NCBI GenBank assembly: GCA_046563655.1
Contig: CM102290.1
Location: forward strand, 1,860,001 to 1,924,000
From: Yuukianura sp. NJ FZ-2021
Lineage: Eukaryota
Length of the DNA stretch: 64,000 nt
Reading direction: 5' to 3'
Under the pieces are notes generated by a model. The model made no database searches and had not been told where the DNA came from. It worked only from the letters and a program-made list of their open reading frames with translations. Below, one piece after another: positions 12,200 through 24,679 of the stretch (position 1 is its first letter; every line of letters begins with the position of its first letter). The position numbers were made by a program, and so were the translations under genes.

Positions 12200-15100
12200 T
12201 TAAATAGTCGTTGGTGACTTGACCTCCTTGTTGACAACGTAGAAATGGTACTTGTTTCCAAAGAGTCCCCAGACCACTGCAATGTTCTCAATGATTATAT
12301 TGAATGGGATGGTCGCCAGAGCTCCAACGATGAAGAAGCTGAGTCGAAGTGGGCCCATTCGATGAAGAGAGAAGGACTTGATGACACCGAAGATGTACAT
12401 GTAAATGTTCATTGCACCCGCAAAGGCACACAGGAAGTCAATGAGTGGAGTACATGGAATGGGAGCGAGAATGGACAACACCACGTTCGAAGTTGTCAGC
12501 GGAAGTGTCACCCATGAGTACAGTGAGATCGTTAGGAGGAGCTTCTTGCGCCAAGGGATAGCCGACGAGTGGACTACCAAGAAAATGCCCTGCACAACAA
12601 CAATTTAACAAACGTTTCAATCCGGGTTATGTTCATTTTCAAATTCAAATCGTTGTTAAGTGATTTACCAACCTGCATCCAGCGCTTGCGCTGCTGAAGA
12701 AAATCCCAAATCGTAAATGGTGACTTTTCTTGCATTTCTCCTTCGATAAAGTTGAAAGAGTAACCTTCACTGAATGCTTTCATTCCAAAGAAACAATCTT
12801 CAGCAATTGAGCCATCCGGGCCATTGTCAAACGTAATTTTCCGTTCAGCTACCACCTAGAAATTCAATAACAACAACAAAAGTTACTACAAAAAGACATC
12901 TCAAATATTACAGATCACACGCAACCTATGTCTCAAAGTCATTAATAATTAATACACGTTCAGCATGGCATTCATGTCATCAACAATTTTCAACTAATAC
13001 TGAAGTCACTAGTACTACAAACGACGACAAAAACGTTAATATACTTATCCCGAGGAGATAGATCCCGGGATAGGTTATGATGTTTATCTCGAGATATCTG
13101 GGTTAATATATGCATCCCGAGAGAGGTTGATATACTTATCCCGAGATAGATCCCGCGATAGGTTAAGATGTTTATCTCGAGATATCTAGGTTACTATATG
13201 CATCCCGAGAGAGGTTGATATACTTATCCCGAGATAGATCGCAGGATAGGTTGACAAATTTATCCCGCGAACGCGATACATTTATCTCTTGGTGGCTCAC
13301 CTGAGTAACGACATAAGATCCTTTCCATGAGAAGTACGGTTTATTGAAAAGGTAGAATTGGGCTCGTAGTTTCCCCATGTCATCAGCAACTCTGAAACTG
13401 TCAGCCAGTGTCGTAATCCAATTGACAACCTACAAAGAGCAGGGAAAAGTACAGATTTTAGACAGTAGCATGACTCATGTCATCATCGCTTGACTCGTCA
13501 TGAATGTTTTTCGGTAATTTCAAGAATCCCTTTATCTCTATTGCCAAAAATAACACCCAGGAGCTAAGCTAATAATAATACCTAATAAACAAATTTTGAA
13601 ATTTAGTTCCCCGTATCCGGTTTTCGTCATTTTAGAAGGTCGACAGGAACATTTAAAATTTAAAAATTCTCAAAATCTAACAAACACCTATCTTTTATGT
13701 CACTTTGGCTGGTTAGCTTCGAGATTCGAAAAGTTCTAAAAATGTATATAGAATGTCTAAAAAGATGAGTAATGACAACATCATTTCCACTCCAATCCTA
13801 ATGGGATCTTAAAAATCTATTGTAAAAGTTTTCGGTGATAATGAATAACGACCTTAAGTCCAATGTCGACTGCTATGACTCACAAAAGTTATGTAAATCT
13901 GTATTACAAATCAAGTCTGTCGGTATCGTGTGTGACAAGAGTACTATAGAAAGTGTAATGACATGGGCTACGCCAATTGATTCACGGACTCCAGAAAGTA
14001 TTAGCTAAACAACACGGGAGTAAATCAATGAATAATTAATTGAGTGGGTTATCCATGTCATGATCGATATTCCCTTTGTCTTTTCAAGAACTTATTGCCC
14101 AAATAACCTAAGAAAGAATGATCGACCTATTGTAGTTTTGTAGTTGTAATGTTGCCGACTCTGTAAAGTAAAAGTTTTACGACCGGGGTGGACGTTAAAT
14201 CCAACGTCCGGCTCCATGTGATGGAGTAGACATCTTCTTTAGTAATTCTGGATACTATTGTGCTTGTCGACGTCATACTTAACTTGCTATTAATCATTCA
14301 TCAGTCCCCTCTCCCGTAAATAGTCAATGTCCTTGTCAATTATTTCACTCAAAATTTTCTGGCACGAAAACGCCTACTTTTGGCTGTAAGGGTCAGTCCT
14401 ATAACTCCTAATATTTTTCTGACTTGTGAATTATGGATGATATTTGCCTTAATTAACAATACTTAAATGCTTAAAATCATTGAAATTGTTTAGTGAAATG
14501 ATGTCTTACATGATCATTGGCATACGTAATCATGCCTTGTCCAAATTGATGTTTTCCGTCCAAAACAAAGTTGAGAATTCCGCGTACAGAGTTTTCAGTG
14601 AGTATTGTTTCTTCGTCCAAATGAACAATCCAGTCCATATCCGATAAAATGTTGACATCATCCTCAAGGCAGTACTGCAGTGCTCTGGCCTTGAACAGTG
14701 CTCCACTTTTGGTTGCATACGACGGCGGAACGACGACTTCCCGGACACGATTGAATGCTCCTAACCCCGGAATGGCTCGGTCCGTCACAACTTCGACCAT
14801 GAAATTTTCGAGTCCAACGTCCAGACAGAGGTTGAGGTTCTTGGTAACATTCTTCTTGACAAGGTCAGGGTAGTCTCCCCGGGTAACGACTCGGATACAG
14901 ATGAAGGGTGCTAGAAGTGGACTGCCTTTGAGCACTACTGCTTCTGGGAATGTGTTGAACAGCGTGAGACCAAGGACATTGAAAATGACTTGCGGAAGAG
15001 CCAAGAAGGCGAGGAGTCGCAGAAGGTACAAGATCACGGTAACTACAATTCCGTACTGTTCCCATGGGTTGATGAGGACATCAGCCGACTCAGATGACCA

Positions 15101-15648
15101 CTTGAGTCCTCCAGTTAAAAATTCAATGAGGAGTACTGTTGTGAGGAGGAGTAAACAGTGGAGGAAGTGAGCTGCCTTGGAAGACAGCATCGTCATCTGA
15201 CACCAATTGGTCAAGTAGCGAATCGGTCCAGGTCCAAATTTAAGACGTTTGAGAGCCGCAGTGATTCTGGTCCAAGTCCCAACGGAGCACGGGCGGATCG
15301 GAACTGGCCGCAACCGCTTCCGCTCGTCTGTGGAAGGAATGTGATAACTTGGAATGAGTCTTTAGTGGTTTTCACCCGTCGGTCACTGTGGTATTCGTGT
15401 ATTCAACTAACTAATTTGTTAATTAGTTCAAGGAGGAGTATTTTTAAACAAGTGAAACCAGAGAAAGTAATATGTAGTGTGTGTGTGAATGTGTCCCAGG
15501 CCCAACCGATCTCAGAGCAACCACAGAACCACTTCTTCCAAGAAGTACCAAAGTGGATCCAAAATAAGTTCTGGACGGGAGACTCCACCCAAAAACCCTT
15601 GCAATTTTTTCACTCTTTACCCATTTTTTTGGCGGAGTCGGAGTCCAT
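12200..15648 (-). CDS. egh: Beta-1,4-mannosyltransferase egghead (bre-3 family)
   Basis: Exons 15327-14510, 13429-13301, 12855-12673, 12589-12200, plus a candidate first exon 15648-15621. Motifs CIRVVTRGDYP, FKARALQY, WIVHLDEET, SIAEDCFF, QRKRW. The conventional start is MTMLSSK near 15196. Confidence 0.95.
13039..13290. repeat. Intronic tandem repeat, about 2.6 copies of an ~88-bp unit built from TATC(C/T)CGAGATA subunits
   Basis: Units start near 13041, 13131 and 13220 with ATACTTATCCCGAG. The palindrome TATCTCGAGATA occurs in the first two units. Confidence 0.9.
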
Positions 15649-17701
15649 GGTGTTGTCGAAGGCGCAGACTACTTTTGTGGAGGTTTGGTGGATACCGTGA
15701 GTGGCCGTCGTGGGACTATATAGTGCCTCTTCTGGCACTCGACGTTCCTTGATGTTATAAAGACTGCCTACCACGGTGGTATTCGATGATGATGATGAGA
15801 GCCTGCTGATGACGAAGTCGATGACACCAAAAATTTTCACACCTAGGCTTTGATTATGTACCTGCCTAGTACTGTCAGTTACTAAAAGTTAATCTCAGTT
15901 CCACAGAACCGTTTATCTTCTACTTGCTGTCCTCTCTTACGTGTGTCAATAATTACTTAAACCGATCGAAATGTACTGGATTGAGTCCAGCAGCTCAATC
16001 CTGCTCCTAGCGTTAAAAGAAAGTGACAAGTTGTCACCTTGTTTCATCAAAAAAAAAAAACTAACAACAACTTTCGCATTTTGGAAGTTATTCAACTCCA
16101 TGACAACGAACTTGCTAAAAAAAAAAACTCAACTTTTTTCCCCTGGATTTTCCAAAGTTAACTTTACGTAGTAATTTATTACGTATGTTGGTATGTTTAC
16201 TCCTTTTTTTTTTTTACTTTTTTTGAAACTTTTTCTTTCTTAGAAACTGATTGTCGTAAAACCTCTTCGTTTTTAAAATGTGATGACACCGGTTTAATTT
16301 TTAATTTTGTTTTTTGAAATGCTGTTGAATGAAGTGCAATATAAGCACGCAATTGTTCCGGGAATGAGAAATGATGTCGTGCATGCAGTTACTACTCTTG
16401 AAACTAATAAAGAAAGCTGATGAAATTAAAGGAAGTGGGCAATTATTTTAACCACACAAGGGAACAACTTGTAATGTTTTTTTTTATAAAAACCTTGGCA
16501 GATAGAACAAATTTTAAGTCATACAAATTCATCAGTTTCCTCAGAAGTCATTTTTTTTTTGAAAACCGAATTCGTGTCAACCGTAAACAAAGTACTGACT
16601 GATGTTAAATATTGAGCCATACACAGTTAATATTAAAAAAATAGCACCACTAAAGCATCCGCCGTACTGAAAAATTTTGAAGAAGTATTTTTCTTTATAA
16701 ATAATTCAAAAGAATTGACAAAGTCCGTGAAATATTTTCCTACTTTCACTGGCCAATATTCGGTTAAGGTTAGTCGATTCCCGAATTTTTTTTTGTATGT
16801 GCATCGATTCTGTAAAACATAAAAGGAAATCGATAAAAACACCCATCTAATTGTAGGGCAAAAGTTAAAAAAGCAGGGAGGGAATTCAATCTTAAACTTC
16901 AACAAATGGAAAATTACACGATTTCCGAATTTAGTCATCTCATCGCATCTTCGTATCACATCAGCGTAACGTTGACATTCTTGCGTTAAGCGCTTTTAAT
17001 AACTGCTAAAAAAGTCAACGACATCCGTGCTCAAATAAGTCCTTAGAGTGACTTAAAATGCTTCAATGGTAATATGCAGCTTTTAATATAGATTTGCAGA
17101 AAGTATTTTTGAAAAAGAGAGAAGGTCAATGCTGTCGGTGAGGTGATTTTGGTTAGTTTGGTTGGTAGAGGTTTCTGCGGTTTAGTTTCTCATTGTAGCT
17201 TAGTAAACGTGGATTTAAATGATTCCTGCACAATTAATTAACCTGGGATGGTAACGTAACCTGAGGATGCAATATACAACAGATCTAAGGCGGATTTAAT
17301 TGTTTGAAAAATTTAATTAATCGTGGTAACAATTGATCATTTCAGGTTAATTGCGGAAAAGTCATAAAATACTAATTGTTATAAGAAGCAGAAGTCGGAG
17401 TCGCATGTGAGACGTCCAAGGAAACGTTCAAAAAAAAGCGCTTAAAAATCCTCAAAACAAAAAAAAATGTGTTTTTCAGTGGAGATGGAGACAAATCACT
17501 AATCTCCCCCGAGTCTCGGCGTTAATTAATTCAATTAATCAATTAACGTTTGTAATTATTAGGTACACACACACGGTATGACAGTACAAGTTGTCACGTG
17601 ATATTTGTCGTCATGTAGATTATAGTATCCAGCTCGCCTCTCACGTAGTAAAACTTATTCCGTGAAATGAAATCCATAAACTCTGACCTTTTGCTTTCAC
17701 A

Positions 17702-18376
17702 ATGTTGTCAAAGCTGAGGTCACTTCTTGGGAGCAATCGAGTGACTCAAGCTCTGAGTTTCACAGGTTATGTTTTGAAATGGAGTCTCGTGGCACATGTC
17801 TTCGTGGAGTACGTTGGATGTATCGTCATTGTAAGACCGGCTTGAAACTTACACAAAAATCGTTTTTTAACCGTGGAGTAAAGTCGTAATTGTTTTTGTT
17901 CGTTCTACAGTGTCAGGGTGAAAGCATGGAACCTACACTGAAGACTGGTGACGTGATTTTGACTGATCAAGTTACGCCTAAATTTGGGCGAGGACTCCAG
18001 CGTGGAGACATTGTCGTTCTCCGATCTCCGACAAATCCTTCCGAGAATGTCTGTAAACGAGTCATCGCAGTTGCTGGGGATTACAATCCATATAGCGGTC
18101 TTGACTTGACGTTTATACATCGTAGTCATAGGTCTGAAATTTACAGAGACCTTGTCTCTCGTGTAAGTGTTCTAAGACATTGGTTTAAAATGGAATCTGT
18201 AACCAATAATGTTTTTGTTTTATTTCAAGTCGTCAGTTGTAATTCCACGAGGTTACATATGGGTTGAAGGAGACAATGCTTCAAATTCTACAGATTCCAG
18301 GAACTATGGTGCCGTTCCAATCGGTCTAGTTAGAGGAAGAGTATTTTTCAGACTACTTCCGCCATCACTACTTTAA
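17702..18376 (+). CDS. IMMP1L: Mitochondrial inner membrane peptidase subunit 1 (S26 peptidase)
   Basis: Exons 17702-17830, 17911-18162, 18230-18376. Catalytic Ser in GESMEPT, Lys in VCKRV, and C-terminal WVEGDN...[11 protein letters not shown]. Confidence 0.92.
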
Positions 18377-20937
18377 CCGTCTGCTGAATAAATATGAGGA
18401 CAGAAAACACTTCATCATGCTTCTTACGACTGATAGAATGCAATCTTTTTTCAGCAATTTTTTTTAGTAATTCAGGCTTAAGAATACGTTCTTAATTCAA
18501 CTTGACCATAAAGTTATCCGCTGAAATGTTTGAGATTTAATTTAACGAGAAACATCATTATTCATTTTGGCAATTTTTTTAATCTTGCTGTTTTTGGTTA
18601 ATTTTTATAACTATCCGCCGCCCCGCTCCTTGCCTAATCATCTGTGCTAGACAAGTGCGCAAGCGCACGTCGACCGAAGGATTAACGACCACTCTTGTAG
18701 TCGCACACGTAGCAACTACAACCACCTTGTGTGGCTACACGTCAGTGGTAACTTTTGCAGCCGCTTTAAGGTGACATAACCCAACCTAGAGTGGTAGCAT
18801 AAGTTGCCACCGGCTGTAGCCACCCATTAGCCGTAAAGTACTGTACACTTTGTGAGTACAGGAACGGTCGTTGAACCTTATGTCAACTTTTGTTAAATTG
18901 TCCAGTGCGTACGCAGAGTTGTGAAAATCATCTTTTTTTCTGTTTCTGACGCCATAGAAAAACAACAAAGAGAAAAAATTTCCTTTGTTATTTGTCAACA
19001 GATTTTTAGATTTTTGAGTTTTACGTCATTTTCCAGGCTAACTGGATCCTGAGTTTACGTTAGTCCCGAGTCTAGTCTGTATGATTTGTAAATTTTAATT
19101 GTAAATAATACGTAAGTGGATTACAAATTATCTAAAATTCTAATCAAAATACTGAGAACTGATTGTTATTCTAATTACAGGAAGGTTCAACACTACTAGT
19201 GGGTGGTTTACTAGTATCTATCGTCGTGTGCAAAAATTAACAAGTATGAGCATCAACATGAAATCAAAATCAGGAGATCACTCAGTTCTGGAAGTCAAAG
19301 AAGTTACGGCCGTCAGGAAGAACTCAAGTATTTTCAACTTCTGTCGTCGCAATTCAAAGACGTCTGTCCCATTCATTCAATCGTACTGTATCCGAGGCTG
19401 TGAAGTGGTCGAGGGTAATCAACATCTGGATAAGTGTAAGTCATTCCTTCATACGTTGTAGTAACGATAAGTCTGTGGAATTCGGTTCATGTCGTTGTTG
19501 TAGGAACTATCTGTCTGGAGTGTGCTCTTTGTCGATTCCTTTACTAATCTGTTGGGATTGACATCTAAGTACTTGTCACTTTACGTTTATTTGTTGCTCC
19601 TTCTGTACCTTTTTGGCTGAGCTTTTTTTATGTTTGCTTGGCTGTTAACCTTTTGGACATGCTTGTCGTATCATTCTTAAATTTGGTCAACTTGTCAGTT
19701 TGATACTGGCAGTATCTCATGGCATGTTGTGGTTTGTGGCATAACGTTCGGCTAGCTAATATTAACTTGGTAGTCAGACGCATCACAAAGTAGCTAGCCG
19801 AACTAACTTAGCATTCTACGTTACGTTTAAACGTTTGGTGAACGAAACAACACGACAACAATGACATAGTTCTAGAGGTCATCACACTTTTCAGAAATAA
19901 GTTGTCATGCTTTCGTGTAGTATTCATTAGTTATCTTATCTGGGACGACTTCCATCGTATTGAGAGCTGTATTGCCATGATGCAAGCTTGTACGGTGTTA
20001 AGGTCAAACCACAAGCACATATTAGACAGAAGGGGAAGTTCAAATTCATTGGTTGGTCTTCATCATATCTTTGTGGTTACAAAATTATCCGAAAACACTT
20101 TAATGACGTTTTTGAGCCTTAACCAACTTGAACTTTTCAGTGATAGGGTAGGTTAGGATTCGGTTAGGTTTCGTTGTCCACTGTGTTCTTGAGTTTATGC
20201 CAGTTTATGGTTGGTTACTTGCAAGCTTAAGCTCATTGTCAACGTAAACTTAACGTTAAATTTGTCAATTAGTAGTTGTTAAGCATTGGATCAATTTTAA
20301 GTTTAGCACAAATCGCTGGGTCCTGCTAGCCTAGACGACATTTCCGACTTGCAGAGTTCAGCCGAGGTCAGTCCAGTTTCGAAATCGTTGCACCCAGCCA
20401 GTAGCAGTAGGGAAAGCAGTCATAGGATTAACAAATCTACTGCAAATATTTAATTACTAGCAGGAAGTTAGTCAATTAAACACCTATGTTTATTAAACTG
20501 GGATCATTTGATTAATGAATCGTGCAGACGCATAAACTTGTCAGTGTGGGAGCGTGTTATTAGGGTAGTAAATACTTTAACGATTCACCGGACTACTGGT
20601 TTTGTTTACATAACAATTATCTGGGTTAAACCATCACGGACATCACACCCTATAGATTCAACGTTCGTTGATAGTTTAAAAATTGAACACGAAAATGCGT
20701 GTTTGGGGCTAAGGGTGGCGTGCTAGGTTTTTAGGCTGAATCGAAGTTAGTAACAATAACAAAGATCTGTAGCATGACAAAGGCCAAGATGTTAGGGAAA
20801 TATGCTTTCCTTCTGGAATTTACAGTAGTCCATGATGACGGTGGGGAGCAGTATTCCCTGTTTCAGTCACTGGACATTTCGGATTCGGACCGACCCCGTT
20901 CAGTCGCCTGAAATGACCGAATATTATTTTAACATTG

Positions 20938-21370
20938 CACAGTGGGGCCGTTGCTTCAAACCGGCGCCACGGTTGTCAATGGAAACGTTAAGTTGATTTT
21001 TAGAAATTACATTAAAAATGAATGCCAAAATCAGGATTTACAAAAATCAAATCCTCCAAAAATCTCCATTACCTACAGATAACCTGAATATCTTAATAAA
21101 AACTAGACAGCATCACGTACCAAGTCCGACTGCCACTTGGTGCCACTTTACCAATGTAGTATTTTTAACTGATTTTTGAAGTTGGTATAAAATTGCGTCT
21201 ATGAGGGGAAAACCAGTTCGTCAATCATAAAAACTGAAATCGCGCTGTACTATCGGTTGCTATGTCGATAATTTAGCGACTGTTTTGTCTCCATAATTGT
21301 GTATTTTCTAACAATCAATTTGTTTCCCCCGAAACGCTTGTCGTTGTTTGAAGCAGTCGGCCCCACTGTG
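20938..21370. mobile_element. Transib-type MITE (433 bp) with CACAGTG termini and 5-bp TSD
   Basis: TIRs CACAGTGGGGCCG-TTGCTTCAAAC / CACAGTGGGGCCGACTGCTTCAAAC. Perfect TSD CATTG at 20933-20937 and 21371-21375. Confidence 0.88.
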
Positions 21371-21435
21371 CATTGCAGGAAGCTGTGGTGACAATTTTGT
21401 GGGCATGGCTAAAATTGACACACGGCGCATACTAA

Positions 21436-21679
21436 AGAAATCTCAAATCGCTCCAACTACATTCGAGATTGTTTGAACAATATAATTAACAAAGTTCAAA
21501 ATGTTTTAAATTAATTTAAGAAATGATATTTAAAAAGCTTATAAGTCAATTACGAGCGTTTTCTGCTTTTTTAAAATTCATCTTTAAATTCATTTAAAGT
21601 GTTTTAACTTTTTTAATTATTTACCTTATTCTACAATTCAAACAATTTCGACTGGCGTTGGGGCGATGCGAGATTTCTG
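21436..21679. repeat. Fold-back element with ~42-bp imperfect inverted arms and an AT-rich spacer
   Basis: AGAAATCTCAAATCGCTCCAAC...GAGATTGTTTGAA pairs with TTCAAACAATTTCG...GGGGCGATGCGAGATTTCT. No TSD identified. Confidence 0.6.
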
Positions 21680-21769
21680 TAAAAACGTTCGTTTTTTTCG
21701 CTGATCGCTCAGTAGAAAAAATTCCACTGTTTTTTTACAGTTAGGTTGCCAGGAGTAGTATGCATACTG

Positions 21770-21852
21770 TGTAATCATTTTGGTCGGTCATTTCGGCCTT
21801 TTCAGACATTTCAAACAGAAATTCTGAAAAGTGACCGAAACTGGGAACACTG
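21770..21852. repeat. Dispersed short repeat family ending AGTGACCGAAACTGGGAACA; other copies at 20849-20925 (inverted) and ~42570-42664
   Basis: AGTGACCGAAACTGGGAACA is identical at ~21830 and ~42645, with a diverged reverse complement at 20849. TTCAGACATTTC is shared by the 21.8-kb and 42.6-kb copies. Confidence 0.65.
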
Positions 21853-24679
21853 GCGGCTACTAGGTTCCAGGAGACAGCATATCATTATTATTTTTTTTTA
21901 CTAAGTTGACTAGGTGATAATAAGTTGGTAGTCCAGAAGAGGCAGTGGATATTCCAGATAAAGTGAAACAATAGGATCCCAATGCCAGGATGACACTATT
22001 AGTACCTCTCTAACATAGCATTTTAGTCACTTTCCATAAAACATAACATTTAGACTCCTACCTTAAGTTAATGCTTTTCCAACTAAATTGAAATTCATCG
22101 GCACAAGTTTTTTCCAATCTTCTGACAATCATCAGCGTCATTCACCAACACCAGTTAATCTACTCTCAGTAGTTTTTTAATTGTGCTTCTTTGTAGTCTA
22201 CTTCAAAGTAACTTTTAGTTTCAATTCTGATCTCGTCTTCCTTGGATCTTCGCCCTTGTGTGTATACAACCTTTGCCGCTTAGCATCATCGTCATCTCCT
22301 CAAATTCAATTGATTTATTTAATCTTGATCAACTGCTTTTGTTACGTCTGAATTCCTACCTCACCACGACTTGTCTTGAACCAGTTTTGGCCTGTGCGAA
22401 ATCCCGTCCAGTAACGATTTTTGTGTGCGTTGGAAATTGAGGTTGTGAAAATTTAGAATTTGTTGAAATATTTTGTGATATTCAATGATATAGTGGAGTG
22501 TCCGGGCGTTCCAGAAGTGCCAGGAGAAAATTCGGACTTTTCGGACCGAACTGCAGTGAGTTAATTTTTTTTTTCCAAAAATGGGAATTTTTGGAAAGCG
22601 AGAAAAGACTACCGTTACTGAGCCTGAGCCAGTCGCTAGTAAGTGATTTTTCCTAAATTTTAAAATTCTGGTTTAAAAATGTGAATTTATTTTTTAATGT
22701 GCTGAAGGCTGTATTTGAAATGTAAGAATGTGGCGGGTGACAAACGTTCCAGAATGAGCGAGGGAATATTGAAAAAGTTTTTTTGTTAGCTTTGTTTTTG
22801 TTGTTTACGCAAACTACCTGAATTTTTTGGATGGAGTTTTGCTAAAACGAATTGTTAAGTGTTGATTATCGTGTTCTCAAATTAAATATTTGTAATTAAC
22901 ACCTTAGAGTAAAGGTGTAACTTTTAGCTTTCGTTTTGACACATTAGAATCAGTGGATGCTAACATTAGATGTTACTGTTACCAGTTGACTTACGTAATA
23001 ACTTTTCTACACTCTCACTTGTTTTGACTATTTTTTATAACCATTCTGAGAAGTGTTGTATTTTTAGTTTAATTACTGAATTTGGATTCGTTTTTAGTTT
23101 TTTTTTAGTATTTACGTTTATGCTACGCACTTAAAAGCATAAACGCTTTTAGTTTAGTTTGACGTGGAAAATTTCGTCGGGTTTTACGAGCGAAATATTT
23201 ACTATTTCTGTCTGGCACGCATGGGCGCCGGGTTTTTGACTAATTGCGGTTGTAAAAATTTCAAAATCTGAAGTTAGTTAAGATTAGGCTGGGTTTAGTT
23301 TGGAATTTTTGCTTTATAAGTGCACATGGTTCATCCAATACACGTGATCTCTGTAAAAGTAAATGAATTTACATTAACGGAAATTTTGTAAAGTTTTCGC
23401 ATATGATGAGGCATGACAAGAAAAGTCAAATTTTTACATTCCGATGTTAAAATTTTCCCAATTTTTGAGCACCTTTCTTTCATGCTTTTAAGCAATCAAT
23501 TGGACCATTTCATTTTTTTTCTCTCATGAATTGCAAATTAGTAGAGCTGTGGATTATTTCAAGTTTAACGCTTTTTTTTTGGTTATTTCAAAATAAGTAC
23601 AATTTGCGAATTGCATAATTTTGTGACGCGTTTAAGTTGAGTGTTGAGTGCAAAAGAATAACATGACTCCACGTCATGTTCGATTTTTATAGAGGCGTTT
23701 GAGTTTCAGCTTTTTTGACAGATTTTGAAACTTTGAAAACTGCATTTTCGAGGATCTATTTTTTAGGGAAGTCAGAAAGTGATTTTCAGAATTCTCAAAA
23801 TTCGACTCCGGAATACAAATTCAAAAAATAATTTGTATTTTTTTCCTGTTCTAACAATTATACTGGAAAAACCTGATATCTTTTTTTTTAAAGTTATGAA
23901 ACTGGCAGAAAATATTTAGTTTGTGGGTTCCATTCATTCTTTAAACTCTAAAGTGATGCATAATCTATGGAGATCGGTTCAAATTCGCGTCTTTCCTTTT
24001 CTTTGAAACTTAAGTACGAAATGTACAGTGTGCAAAAATCTTATGACACATTTTTGCACGTTCCTCATTCAAATATTTGCATAGTTTTGGCAAAATATAA
24101 AGGGAGTCTTCTTCTTTTTAGTATTCTGAAGGTTGGTATTTGGAAGTTATTGAACGGCGTTGCGTTGAAGTTGGTTCTTTTCTTTGGTTGTACTGAGATA
24201 ACATATGACTAATCCCCATTGTCACTTCAGCTCTTGTGTTCTTCTGCAAATTTTATTACATTTCAGTCTTTCACTTCCTTATCTTAAGCACTAAAGCTCC
24301 ACTTTGGCTAAAAACCTACTGTATCTCTAGCCAAAACGGACATTTTTCTGGATACAAATCCACACTTGAACAAAAGTGTCCGATTCCAGGAGTTTTAGTG
24401 CCATTTCATCTTGGGAGGTAGCAAGTGGAAAGGTCAAGGGTGCTGACAAGAGGGAAAACGCTGCTGGATATACTGGAAAACTACTTGGATACTTGCAAGC
24501 ACATTTTTCAGGAATTGCTGATAGTACATCTACTAAGGTGTAGTTGGTAGAAGACTGTTGGAGGCTAGTCGAATTTCAATTGATAATCGTTTTTGCACGG
24601 TGTTCTTTACTACTACTACATCTGATCTCTGCGTTTGAACAATTTGGGTACTAACATGTCTATATCACACCGAACTAAC

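Noticed and set aside
13039..13290. CRISPR-like appearance of the regular repeats (also 49620-49975)
   Set aside because: No unique spacers, no cas genes, and a eukaryotic intronic context.
15158..15700. 180-aa plus-strand ORF antisense to the egghead 5' region
   Set aside because: No recognisable motif, non-ATG start, and it overlaps egh exon and intron on the opposite strand.
20849..21852. Possible 1-kb element bounded by inverted copies of the AGTGACCGAAACTGGGAACA repeat
   Set aside because: Flanks (GTGGGGAG versus GCGGCTAC) show no TSD, so the copies are treated as separate dispersed repeats.
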